DNA of 63,275 bases, the filler included, from Chiloscyllium plagiosum (lineage: Eukaryota), in NCBI RefSeq assembly GCF_004010195.1. It is 4 parts of 2 records of this genome, joined end to end, with 100 filler letters (N's around TTAATTAATTAA, not from the genome) between each part and the next. Parts side by side here need not be neighbours in the genome. Positions count along the whole stretch, not along the records: positions 31,032 to 55,017 come from NC_057711.1; 3 more parts are not named here. The stretch is one strand, 5' to 3'. A program made the translations under genes and the position numbers. A model generated the notes under the pieces. That model had not been told where the DNA came from and did no database searches. It saw only the letters and a list, made by a program, of their open reading frames with translations. Below are positions 38,072-51,246 of this stretch, in pieces. Each line of letters starts with the position of its first letter. The stretch's first letter is position 1.

Positions 38072-39070
38072 GTGAGTGCTTCATGATCGAATGAGAAAAG
38101 AGGGATGCGTTTATCAAACTGAAGCCTACAACAGGCTACTTTCAAGTAGCAACGCTCTTATAAGAGAAAGAGTATGCGACATGCAACTAAATAGTTACAT
38201 GTTTAGATGGGAGAAATTGCAATTAGATAATGCTCTAGTTGTTGTAATACATGGCATTTGCAGTTATATTGTTGTATAAGCTTGTGCTAAAAACTGCTTT
38301 CCTAAAGATTACAGTATTCTACTTATTCAATATTTTGTATTCTGATCCGTTTTCAGCATCATGTATTCGGCAGTATTCTGATGGTGAGAGGAGTTTAGTG
38401 TTAATGTTATACAAATTTACATAATACAAGTCACATGGAAAAATATTCCAATTCATTTCACAGAAGCACAATTCAACAAAAGTTGATACAGTACTTAACA
38501 TTTAGATATCAGGAGTCACAATCTGAAAGCTGAGTTGAAGAGATAAGCGGGAACTTTACAAGGTCAGAGATGTGGAGATACAGGGAGTTTCAAAGAGCAA
38601 GTTCTGGTACTGGGGTCTGGAAAACTGAGCGTGTATCAGTCAGAGGTGGGCCAAAGGGTGTGGCAGACAGGCAAGCTGCAGGAGTTAGAGGAACACAATT
38701 ATTAAAGGGTATAAGCAGAATACAAGGTAGAAATACTTAACTGTTTTTTTTTACATCAGGTTATTGAGACCAAGAAGTGGTCTTACTCTGGATTCATATT
38801 ACCAATTCCTCAAGATGTAATTTGTAATGGCAAGGCCAGGGAATAGAATTCAATGAAATAGAATTCTGGACCACATGATCCCAGTGCTAAGTTAAAATTC
38901 ATGACACATTATTGGTCATTGCAGATGGCTGTGTTCCAATACTGTTTAACAATACCACCAATGGTGTGCTGGGGAAAAAATAATCTCATTTCCTGGCTCA
39001 ATTTCTACATTAGCGCAGACTGAACTGAATTACTGAAACTGCAAAATTCTCATCTGAATTGGTAAAGACT

Positions 39071-40452
39071 TAGAGTCATAGAGATGTACAGCATGGAAAC
39101 AGACCCTTCGATCTAACCCGTCCATGCCGACCAGATATCCCAACTCAATCTAGTCCCACCTGCTAGCACCTGTCCATATCCCTCCAAACCCTTCCTATTC
39201 ATATACACATCCAATTGCCTCTTAAATGTTGGAATTGTACCAGCCTCCACCACATCCTCTAGCAGCTCATTCCATACACATACCACCCTCTGCGTGAAAA
39301 AGTTGCCCCTTAGGTCTCTTTTATATCTTTCCCCTCTCACCCTAAATCTATGCCCTCTAGTTCTGGACTCCCCGACCCCAGGGAAAAGCCTTTGCCTATT
39401 TATCCTATCCATGCCCCTCATGAATTTATAAACCTCTATAAGGTCACCCCTCAGCTTCCGACGCTCCAGGGAAAACAGCCCCAGCCTGTTCAGCCTCTCC
39501 CTGTAGCTCAGATCCTCCGACCCTGGCAACATCCTTGTAAATCTTTTCTGAACCCTTTCAAGTTTCACAACATCTTTCCGATAGGAANNNNNNNNNNNNN
39601 NNNNNNNNNNNNNNNNNNNNNNNNNNNNNNNNNNNNNNNNNNNNNNNNNNNNNNNNNNNNNNNNNNNNNNNNNNNNNNNNNNNNNNNNNNNNNNNNNNNN
39701 NNNTATCTGAATTAAACTCCATCTGCCACTTCTCAGCCCATTGGCCCATCTGGTCCAGATCCTGTTGTAATCTGAGGTAACCCTCTTCGCTGTCCACTAC
39801 ACCTCCAATTTTGGTGTTATCTGCAAACTTACTAACTGTACCTCTTATGCTCGCATCCAAATCATTTATGTAAATGACAAAAGGTAGAGGGCCCAGCACT
39901 GATCCTTGTGGCACTCCACTGGTCACAGGCCTCCAGTCTGAAAAACAACCCTACACCACCACCCTCGAGCCAGTCCTGAATCTAAATGGCTAGTTCTCCC
40001 TGTATTACATGAGATCTAACCTTGCTAATCAGTCCCCCATGGGGAACCTTGTCGAACGCCTTACTGAAGTCCATATAGATCATACTGCTCTGCCCATATC
40101 AATCTTCTTTGTTACTTCATCAAAAAACTCAATCAAGTTTGTGAGACATGATTTCCCACGCACAAAGCCATGTTGACTATCCCGAATCAGTCCTTGCCTT
40201 TCCAAATACATGTACATCCTGTCCCTCAGGATTCCCTCAAACAACTTGCCCACCACTGAGGTCAGGCTCACTGGTCTATAGTTCCCTGGCTTGTCTTACC
40301 ACGCTTCTTAAACAGTGGCACCACGTTTGCCAACCTCCAGTCTTCCGGCACCTCACCTGTGACTATCGATGATACAAATATCTCAGCCAGAGGCCCAGCA
40401 ATCACTTCTCTAGCTTCCCACAGAGTTCTCGGGTACACCTGATCAGGTCCTG
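39071..40452 (-). mobile_element. CR1-type LINE ORF2 (RT to 3' tail), intronic antisense, with an N gap
   Basis: SQHGFVRGKSCLTNLIEFF, SGVPQGSVLGP, SKFADNTK, LERVQKRFTRM. Confidence 0.92.
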
Positions 40453-41958
40453 GGCTTCATTCCTTTGAAGTTCCCTTCACCACAATTAGCTTTAAGAATT
40501 TGACTTTATCCTGTAGACCTTCGTGATAGGATCAGCTTTGCAAAACATTGGATCTGAATTCCAAATTCCTCCTGTGGCCCGACCCCTTTAACTTCATGAT
40601 AACAAAGTTTAATTTTTAACCACACATAAAGCTGTGCAGCCAGAGACGCAAGATAATTCTAATTGTCTATTCTATTATTATTATCTAATGAGAAAGCTAA
40701 GGTTTTATTGTATTCTGTTTGCTCAAGATTTTGTAATGAAATTGCACAGACAAACTTCTAAATCAATAAGCATTAAAATGTACACTTCCCAATGAATTTT
40801 GATAACAGGTGCTCCAATGTACAAACAGCTCCAAGGATGAAATAATGTTGTGAGACATTGACAAAGCAGTAAGATGGATTTTACATTATGCATTTGAAGG
40901 AATTTTAGCAATTCCAGCATTTCCTTCATACAGTTTTGAAGAGAGGAGGGGTGAACAGAGGTGATACAATTTAACTGATTGACAAAGTAAAACAGCTTAA
41001 AAGTTTCCAAATAATCGCAGAACAAAATCAAAGTACACAATATGATTGGGAGCAACACAGAGGAGCCACACATTCTGTAAACATTCATAAATAGAGTTCA
41101 GTTTCTTGCATTCCTATGGGATAGACTTTGGTTTTATCGCAATGTTTCCTTGGAAGACAAAGCTTTAATAAGTTATGGCCGAGCTTAGTCTGCTCATTAC
41201 AAACTCCCAAACCAGATTTAGATGAACACCGATGCAGATATGCCTCTTTTTCTCCCCTGCAGATCTGCACATGTATCTCTAACTGTGATGCACAAAAGGC
41301 GCTTTCTGAAATCATATGTCATATATTAAACTTAAGACATTTAACTTATTTTACATATGTCTGGCTAATTGAAAAAATATTAAATATTTTTGCAAACCCA
41401 TTACTTATTGAGCTGTTTGCAATTCTGGAGATACTCTAGTTAGTACCAAAAGGTTTGAGCAGGGTTTAGAAACAATTAGATTATACTTTGTGCTTTCAAA
41501 GTTCCCACGACAGAGCATCAGGTGCTAGGAACACGTATTGCCAATTTAAGAATCCCACTCCTATCCTTAAACATGGAGAATTTGTGGGCATCTAGAGACA
41601 ATTTAGATCTGGGATAAAAATAGAAATAGCTGGAGAAACTCAGCAGGTCAGGCCACATCTATAGGGAGAAAGCAGAGTTAACATTTCGAGTCCGGTAATT
41701 GTTCTTCAGAGCTCTGAATTTATATCTGGCATTGCCAACTGTAGGTGATATTCTAAAGATTCAAGTCCAGACTACTAACCCATTAGAATCGTCACATAAC
41801 AAGCTGCTGACTTGCTGTGCACTAATTGTTTTCTGTTCTTAATGTTACAGCGCTAACTGTAAGAAGTATTTTTAGCCCAAGCTTTACATTTCTGTTAAAG
41901 CTAAATGTGATGTAGTCTACTGTATTTAATCAATTGTGTGTTTTTTTTTAATTGGTAG

Positions 41959-42081
41959 ATCTTGATGAGTGCATCAATGAAACACATCATTGCAATCTCA
42001 ACGCCAAATGTATGAATACACCAGGATCGTATCGCTGCCTTTGTTCCGAAGGTTTCAATGGTGATGGTTTTACATGTGCAG
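41959..42081 (+). CDS. FBN2: Fibrillin-2-like exon, cbEGF19 (123 nt)
   Basis: tggtag|...|gtatgg; [41 protein letters not shown]. Confidence 0.93.
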
Positions 42082-42790
42082 GTATGGGGAAGAAGTTAAA
42101 CTAGAGCTCTTTATGATGTACAAACTGTGACTTTAAACAGAAACCAGAAAATGCACTTCTTAACATATCCCATGTTTGTCCAGTTAAAAGAACATCACTA
42201 TAATGTATCAATCCAACATTAACCAGTTTACAGTTTTCACTGGCTGTTCATTTCCTATGCATATACTCCCTTCTGAAATAGAGTGACCCTTATTACGCTA
42301 TAGTTCCATCAACTCAAGCTACCCCTGATACTTCATCCTGTGACTTCTCATGTGAACTGAAATGGATAGTGCTGGAGGGCTGTTGTCCCATAAGAGCCAT
42401 CATTATTGAGCCTGATCCTGCTCCCAAGCAATGTCACAAAGCAGACTTCAAACTAGAAGAGCAAACACAACCAGGAACCAAGGGCAACTGAAATTATATC
42501 TTCATCACTGAGGCTAGTTATAACTCCCTCTACTCCCTCTCTAGTTGAGATCAGTTATCTCAGCTGATTCCATTAGCTCAGTAGCGTATTACTCACTGGC
42601 ACTTTAAAAGACACTAAGTTGTAGTTACCTTACAGAGAAACAGGCCTTTAAACCCAAAATTACAAGCCATCAGCTGAAAAGGCTTTGCTCCACAGAGCTG
42701 ATAGCTTTAATGCTTTGGATGCCTGCAAACACTGCCATCTACATCATTCCCAATCATTTCTAATACTCTCCGCAATGTTAACTATGTTTC

Positions 42791-43104
42791 TTAGATTCCC
42801 TACAGTGTGGAAACAGGCCCTTCAGCCCAACAAGTCCACACCGACCCTCCGAAGAGTAACTCACCCAGACCCATTCCCTTACATTTACCCCTGCACCTAA
42901 CACTGCGGGCAATTTAGCGTGGTCAATTCACCTAACCTGCACATCTTTGGATTGTGGGAGGAAACCGGAGCACCCGGAGGAAACCCACGCAGACACGGGG
43001 AGAATGTGCAAACTCCACACAGAAAGCTGCCCGAGGCGGGAATTGAACCCAGGTCCCTGGTGCTGTGAGGCAGCAATGCTAACCACTGAGCCACCATGCT
43101 GCCC
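42791..43104 (-). mobile_element. V-SINE (HE1-like), full length
   Basis: Complete head, core and tail. Confidence 0.9.
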
Positions 43105-45115
43105 CTGTTGAAGGTAATAGTTCAGGTGTTATACACATGCAGCACATGTTTACAAAATAGGTCGAATGTAATATCATTCATCACCTAATGCTGATTGATG
43201 CAAGTTCTATCATTTTGAACCTCAGTTCTCTGGTGAATATTCTCCCTGAAACATGTACAGCTGACCAAACTGAGATACAGCTTGCTTCTTCCACCGAGAT
43301 TACATGCTGAAGGCGAGATGAAAAGGATTTTGAGGGAATATAGTTGGTGAGATTAAAAGCCATGGTCACCTGTTCGGAATATCTTCTCTAAGAATCCTCC
43401 TGCTTCTCCAATAGAAGGGAGCTTGACTACTCCTGTCAGACTCGGGCACCAATATCTCCGGTTTGGGAAATACTCTTCGGCCTGTTACTTCATTTCCTTT
43501 CGTAAGAAAGTCTTGAAATCGTGTCCAGGTATTTTCAGATCCTGACTCACGCAGAGTGCAATTTGGCTTTAAGTGAAGCAGCAATGAGAAAGTAAAATTC
43601 TGTTGAAGGTCTTTAAAGTAATAAAAGATCCCAAAGTGTTTTACAGGTGCAATATCAAGCAATGACACTAAGCTATAAAGGAGCTATTAGGTCAGCTGAC
43701 CAAAAGCTTGCTCAAGAGGTGGTATTTAAAGAGTTTCTTAAAGAAGAAAACCAGGTGGACTGGTGGAGAGGGATAGCAAGTGGGCTCCAGATCTGGAATC
43801 TTGGAGCAAGTATGATTGAGCTTGTAAAATTCCATAGAATTATAGGAGCCCAGAATCCTCAGAGGATTATACAGTTACAATTGACTGCAGAAATAGGGAG
43901 GAGGCAAAGCCATGTGCAGTTTGAAAGCAAGGAGAGTTTTCAAATCAAAATGTTGCTTGACAGGAGCCAGTGAGGGTCAATAAACACAGTATTGATAGGG
44001 GAATGGGAATAGCTGCAAATTTAAACAGAGGCAGCTGAGTTTGGATTATCTTGAGTTTGCACAGAATGGAATGTGGAAAAACAGCCAAGATTGCATTGGA
44101 ATAGACAAGTCTCGAGTTAACAAAGACCTGGATTAACAGCGTATTTAATAAATAAGTAAATCAATTCATTGAATGCTGGCCTAGCCAGTGACGTCCTCAT
44201 CCATGAATGAATAAAAAACACAATGAGCTCAGACATGTTAAAGAGTGAGGCAGAAAAATGCAACTTCCAAGATAAGGTGGATATGAAGTTGGACATTTAC
44301 TTCAGGATCCACTGCATTAACAAAAGTCCACAAAGACTGGCTCAGACTGTTACCAGGGAGAGGAATGCAGTTATAAGTTGGAGTAGCAAATTTGGAGTAG
44401 GACCATAAGCAACAGATTCAATTTCCCAGGCTTCGATTGGGGGAAACTTCTGTACATCCCAGTACAGGCTGTTTGATAAACAATCTGATGATCTGGCAAT
44501 GTTGGTGAAGTCAAGAGAGTTAATGCAGAGACTGAGCTGGTTAGCCTGAACTTGCATGTAAAGTTTGCATCATCTGTAGATGACAGAACATCAACCCATA
44601 ATGAAGCAATCACTATCTGTGGATCTTGCTAACAAAGGAACGAGTTGAAATTCAGCAATGTCACAAATTCCTGATAGAACAATCATTCATTTTATCATCA
44701 TGAGCATTTTGCCAAATCTTATGTTAAACAAATATTTATTACTAATGGCTGTAATCTACTGCCCGAATCTGTAACAACACCTGACATGAAACCAGCAAAA
44801 CCAGTCATGTTACATGCTTTATTAAAACAAATAAACTGAAGCAGAATTATTTTCAACTGCACCAATCACCTCTTGTCAACAGAAAAGCTAAATCTTGGAA
44901 AACGTTCTCTCTATTTTGAATTAAAATGAAATTGTCTGATATTTTAAGAAGCATTTGTTTATGGGATGTGAGGGGTGTTGGTGAAGGCTGCATTTATTGA
45001 ATCATTGCCCTTGTTTATGAGCTGTCTTCTACAGCTGCAGTCCCTCAAATGTAGGTATACCAACATAGTGTTTCTGTGAGCTAATGAAAACTATTTGGCT
45101 CATCTCTATTTGCAG

Positions 45116-45241
45116 ATTTGGATGAGTGTGCAGAAAATGTTAATCTGTGTGACAATGGACAGTGCCTCAACACCCCTGGAGGATACCGATGTGACTGTGA
45201 GATGGGATTTACACCAGCTTCTGACAGCAGATCCTGTCAAG
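45116..45241 (+). CDS. FBN2: Fibrillin-2-like exon, cbEGF20 (126 nt)
   Basis: ttgcag|...|gtacca; [42 protein letters not shown]. Confidence 0.93.
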
Positions 45242-46517
45242 GTACCAAACAATTTTGACTGAATGAACATCCTGGATGTGGATGATAACTGTGTCTGGAG
45301 TCAGACTACAAAATGTTTTATCCAAAAGTACAGTCATAAAACATTCATTATTTTAGCTGACAGATGGAAATAAGGATAACTATCCTGTTGAAATGCCAGG
45401 ATTCTCCTCAAAGAGATTTATAATTCAACATATCCTTACACATTTGCAAGGATAGAAAAACATTATTTTATTTTGAGAAAAGCTTTTTCCAAAACAGGAT
45501 TTAACATGAGCCTTATTTGAACATGTTAATATAATTTGTTTAAACTGAGTGTTATCCTTTGTTCATGTGAATAAATAAGTGTAATGGAAAAAAAAAGGTC
45601 ATGTAATTTTCATTCTCTAATCAAGAACAGTGACGTCTTTAAATTCTAAGACGTAAAGGCAATCGACTAGTTAGATAATATCTCTGAAGTGACTATGAAA
45701 ACTAGGTATATAGTTCCAAATGGAGGCAAATTTTCAAGTATTAAGATTAATGGCAATTTCTAATGCTTCTTTAAAAATAATATGTCATTTGAGGCGGTGG
45801 AACCTACTGCCAATATATATCTACAGTAGTGCTGAGAGAATTCTCCATCCTTCACTGTGGAAGCAAGTCAGAGGTTTGCCATTTGGATTGGAGATGACAT
45901 TAGTTTGACTAGTCTCTGGGGATAGATAGAAAGGTTATTACTCTTCTATATGCAGTAAATTGGAGAGCACAAACAGAAACCTTAGATTTCCTCTTTTATT
46001 TATCTTAATACATCAAAACTATCTGCCAATAAGTGGAAGTGCTCCCCAGTTGGAGATAACCAAGCCAGAGAACATTCTAATTGTGGTTCACTTTGGCCAC
46101 TCTCCATCCAACCAAACTCACACTGAGCCAGGCCAGATGCTTCAACTGGGAAAAAAAACTTTATGAAGGCTGAACATGTGTTCAACTGCATCTTTTCAGA
46201 AGTGAGAAATCACTTGAGTTTTTTGCTTCGTTTCCATACATTGTATCTCATAAAACCTCCGCTCATCTTATTTACTTCCAGTTCCAACTTTCCTATCCTT
46301 CGTCAAGAAACTAGATGCTGTAATTCAGTCTGGGTACCTGATAACTGCAGCTCACCAAATGCTTATCTGGTCATCATCTAACCATTTTTTTTAGAACAAC
46401 ATCCCTGCTCTTTCTGGGTGTTGCCAGAGCACTTTAAGTCCAGAAGATTTAATAAAATTTAATAAAATTCCCTCAAAAACTTCGTGTTTAAAAGAGCATT
46501 GTCTGTTTCTTTTGTAG

Positions 46518-46640
46518 ATATTGATGAGTGTTCATTTCAGAACATCTGTGTATTTGGCACGTGCCAGAATTTGCCGGGAATGTTCCGGTGTGTCTGTGAT
46601 GATGGCTATGAACTTGACAGAAGTGGAGGCAACTGTACAG
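46518..46640 (+). CDS. FBN2: Fibrillin-2-like exon, cbEGF21 (123 nt)
   Basis: ttgtag|...|gtagga; [41 protein letters not shown]. Confidence 0.94.
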
Positions 46641-48245
46641 GTAGGAATGCAGCTCAGTTACAGAGCTCAGTTAAAAAGAGAACATGCATCATTTATCTGT
46701 CAAGATATTCACCATTGCTGAAAATATCAGCATAATGTTCAAAGGCCCAGAGATTGTGCTGTGTAGTGTTACAGGTCAAATATTTATTGATTTGTCCACG
46801 TTTTCACCTTTTAAGTAAGCAACTATCTAGCAAGATACAAAGAACAATATTTATGATATTAAAATATTAGGTTTTCTTAAAAATGATAAATATATAGAAA
46901 TTGATGAAGCAATGTTTGCTCAGATTGGATCACATCAGTAAGGTTCTCTCCATTTATTAGTTTGACACAGAAAGTCAGCCATGAAAGCCCCTTTTAATAT
47001 GCAATAATGAGGTTCCCATTGCTAAAATATCTCCCAAATAACTTTGTTTGAACATGAACAGGATTTTATCAATTTAACAAAGGAGTAATTAATTTGTTAC
47101 AATGACTTCTGAAAGATTATTTCTAATTACAATTTAATAATAAAATTTTACTATAGCTACACTCATTATTGGTAAACATTTATATAGATTTATTTACCAT
47201 TTGTCACTCAATTCAAGGACCATAGTCACAAATTTTGGCTACAGATCATCATGTGATGAAACAGGCTTATTCTTGACATGCAGTTCATTGGACACTTGGG
47301 GCAAGATGTCCCACATGGTCATGGGATCTAACCACAGGATTTGCTTCCTTTCCCCTCCTATTCTGCCACCACTCTGCATCATCATCAAGAGATTAAGAAT
47401 TATGAAATATGATGCATGTTGATGAACATTTTGTTTTACAATATTGATTACAATCTTTTTAAACAAATTTGTCAATAAATTTTGAAATGTATGTTGAAAG
47501 AGGTTTGGTTTTATGAAATACTCCTAACAAATGAGGCTACAGGTAATGTCACAGAGTCACAGATTTGTTATGATGTGAAAGGAGTCCATTCAGCCCATCA
47601 TACATGATGCTCAATTTCCAAATGAGCATCATGACTTGGTGCAATTCGCCTTTCCGTGTAACCCTGCACATTATTTCCACTTCAATAATCACCTCATGCC
47701 CTCGAGAGTGTCTTGACTGAACCAGTGCATTTCAGACCCAAACCACTTGCTGTATAAACATTTTTATTTTCTTTTTACTCAAATTGCATTTGCTTCTTTT
47801 GCAATTCAATGTGAATATCTTCTTTTGGAATTGTCTGGGAGAGCATTGGGAAACTTCCTTGAGATTATTTCAGTGGTATCTCTCAGATATCCTTCAGTAC
47901 TGTTCAGATAATCAGAGCTATAGAGTCAAAAGGTTAGCACAGCATATGTTCTGCCTTAGTACCTTCACTAGTAAAGGTGGAGGGAGGTTTATCTGGAAAT
48001 ACTATGTCTCAATAACAAATGTACAGCTTTCAGTGAAGCTCTGTACATAAATAGGGTTTGGCCAAAAGAGCTAATCAGTTTTGTTTTAAAGTGTTATTCT
48101 GAGTCCTTGATTTTTTTCATAGAATAGATCTATTAATATTGAGAGATAGATTAGATTTTTTTTTAATATTGGGGATTGTCTCAGCTATGGTAGCACAATT
48201 TATGCTAGCTGTCAAAATGTGAGCATAGTTTTCAGACCAAGTTTT

Positions 48246-48489
48246 TAGATTAGATTACATTAGATTACATTACAGTGTGGAAACAGGCCCTTCAGCCCAA
48301 CAAGTCCACACCGACCCGCCGAAGCGCAACTCACCCATACCCCTACATTTACCCCTTACCTAACACTACGGGCAATTTAGTATGGCCAATTCACCTGACC
48401 TGCACATCTTTGGACTGTGGGAGGAAACCGGAGCANNNNNNNNNNNNNNNGCTGTGAGGCAGCAGTGCCACTGTGCCACCGTGCCGCCC
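48246..48489 (-). mobile_element. V-SINE (HE1-like) with a small N gap
   Basis: Tail ttagattacattagattacattacagtgtggaaacaggccc and head remnant gctgtgaggcagcagtgccactgtgccaccgtgccgccc. Confidence 0.88.
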
Positions 48490-50544
48490 ACGGATATGAT
48501 TTGGCTTGAAGTCTCCTCAATGGAAATTTTTAATAAGAATTATTTTTGTTCAGTTGTATGTCATACAGCATCAACCATGCAGGGAAAATCATCAGGAAAA
48601 AGTTGTGTAATTGTGAGCTTTTGGCATTTAATATATCCTGGTAGGTTATGTATTTTACTGAGTGCTTTATCATCTAGTATTCGAAATGTCATTGGACAAT
48701 TTAGGGGTAATCCTGTTAATGTGTTTAATGGAACAAATCAGTAGGCAGAGAGAAAGGAATCTGCTAGCCAAGGAATCCCGATAAAGGAACCCAATCACAG
48801 GAAAAAAAGGAGAACCATGTCATTTAGGAATGAAATCAGAAAGTACTTTTCCACACAAAGAGTAAGCAACATTCCTGTATTTTTCTCAAAGGCAGTTAAC
48901 TGAAATTTTTGATGGAAAACAGCCTAATTTGAGTGATGGAACATACTCGGGGACAATATGGCTTACTGCTGTTCCTACGTAATAATTCCAAATTAACTCC
49001 AGATGGAAACTGACATAGCAATGATCATACAACATAAAAGACATGGCATCGAGATGATACCACACGCTAAATGATCTAGTCCTCATGAGAGATCCCAAAC
49101 AGTAAATGCTGACAGGATATTTTACTTAGGGAGAAAGGCAACATCAAATCCGAACCTGATACTCTCCTTATCTCACCCCTGCACAAAGTACATTTTAGTG
49201 AGAAAGGACAAAGCTGAATTGGCACTGCATCCACAAACATCCACTCCCTCCAATTCCAGCGCTCAGTAGCAGCAGTGTCTACTATCGACAAGATACATTG
49301 CAGAAATTCACCAAAGATCTTCAGACAGCACCTTCCAAACCAACAACCATTTCCATCTCGTGGGGGAAGGGCTACAGTTACATGGGAACACCACCACCAT
49401 CCTGACTTGGAAATATATCACCATTCCTTCACTGTCACTGGCTCAAAATCTAGGAGCTCCCTCCCCAAAAGCTATTGTGAGGGTACTTACCATATAGGAG
49501 GAAGTGAGGACTGCAAAAAGCACAGCAGAGGAACAGCAGAGTCGATGTTTTGGGCATAAGCCCTTCCTCATTCCTAATGAAGAGCTTATGTCCAAAACAT
49601 CGACTCTCCTGCTCCTCAGATGTTGCCTGACCTGCTGTGCTTTTCCAGGGCCATGCTTTTCATATCTACCATATGGACTGCAATGGTACAAAATGGCATC
49701 ATTACCTTCTTGAGGGTAATTAGGGATGGACAATAAATGCTGACCTAGCCAGCGTTGCCCACATTCCCTGAATGAATAAGAAAGAGTTATTGAAGAGCAA
49801 TGACTAGCAATCCTGGCTCCATTTCACTTTCCTAATCCAGAGACACTGTGCTGATCACAGCGTCGTTCCTGCTACCCCAGCTGGGTGTAGTTAACGGCAC
49901 AGGCCTCAACTTATTACTTTCTAGTAAATTCGGTTTTGGTTTCATCATCTTTATCAGTTCAGTCATCAGAGAAATCAGACTGATGCTTTATTCAACACCG
50001 GAATCCTTTGATTAGCTCTATTTGTATCTCAGGAGAATGTCCATGAATTGCTACAGCATCAGTGAAGTGATCTACAGCCCAATGCTTCAGTTAGGCAATT
50101 CATTTCAAACACTAAAGTCTTTTAACTGTAGAAGGGCCAACGTTTATTAATCTATTAATGCAAGTGTAGTATGTGAAGTTTCAGAAAATTGGAATTTATT
50201 AGCTGGTTTAATTTTAATCTGTTTTATTTCTGAAAGAGGAATTTCACTCCCATTTGAGTTCTATAGACCTGAGAACCTTTTCTGAGCATTTCCGAAATGA
50301 AGTTGTAATGGAGCTTTAAGTTCAAATGTGAATTGGTCTTTGTTTAAATTTCTTGACAATTCCCTGAAATATTGAGATGGTAGATAGCTGTATTTATTTT
50401 TAAAACCTTTGAAGGTTGCCTTAAGGGGATTTGACTGTATTGCTGCCCACTTACTTAGAGTAATTACTTCACTGAAACAGGAACTGTTTTGTCTTATAAA
50501 TGCCAACAAGGAGCTGAAATGAGACGTTTTGTTTTAACTTGCAG

Positions 50545-50667
50545 ATGTCAATGAATGTGCTGATCCAGTCAATTGCATCAATGGATTATGTGTCAATACA
50601 CCGGGTAATTACCTGTGTAACTGTCCCACTGATTTTGAGCTTAATCCAACAGGAATTGGATGTGTTG
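50545..50667 (+). CDS. FBN2: Fibrillin-2-like exon, cbEGF22 (123 nt)
   Basis: ttgcag|...|gtaagt; [41 protein letters not shown]. Confidence 0.94.
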
Positions 50668-50948
50668 GTAAGTGATTAATTTAAGCAGCCACGTATGAAA
50701 GCTTAAGAATTGGTTTCTGTCAATGTATAACATATTCATATTTCCTATGTATGGGAATTCTTTGCAATTTACTGTAAATAATTTCCTGAAAGAATTCCAG
50801 AAATAATGACACAAATCTCCTTCTGTGATTCAGGACTATGATATTCAATCATTTCCAAATAGCAGGAAATTCTATAATTTTATTTTGAAAATAACTAAAA
50901 TTATTGAAAGATAAATCTGTGCTATTGCAGTTTCTCTAATTCCTAACA

Positions 50949-51246
50949 GAATCGTACAGCACAGAAACAGACCCTTCAGCCCAACTCGTCCATGCCGACC
51001 AGGTTTCCTAAACTGAACTAGCCCCAGTTGCCAGCACCTGGCCCATATTCCTCCAAACCTTTCCTATTCATATACCCATCCAGATGCCTCTTAAAACATG
51101 TAATTGTACCAGCCTCCACTACTTCCTCTGGCAGCTCATTCCATACACGCACCACCCTCTGTGTGAAAATGTTGCCCCTTAGGTCTCTTATATCTTTTCC
51201 CTCTCACCTTAAACCTATGCCCTCTAGTATTGAACTCCCCTACCCT
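50949..51246 (-). mobile_element. CR1 3' fragment
   Basis: Matches 39085-39378. Confidence 0.85.
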
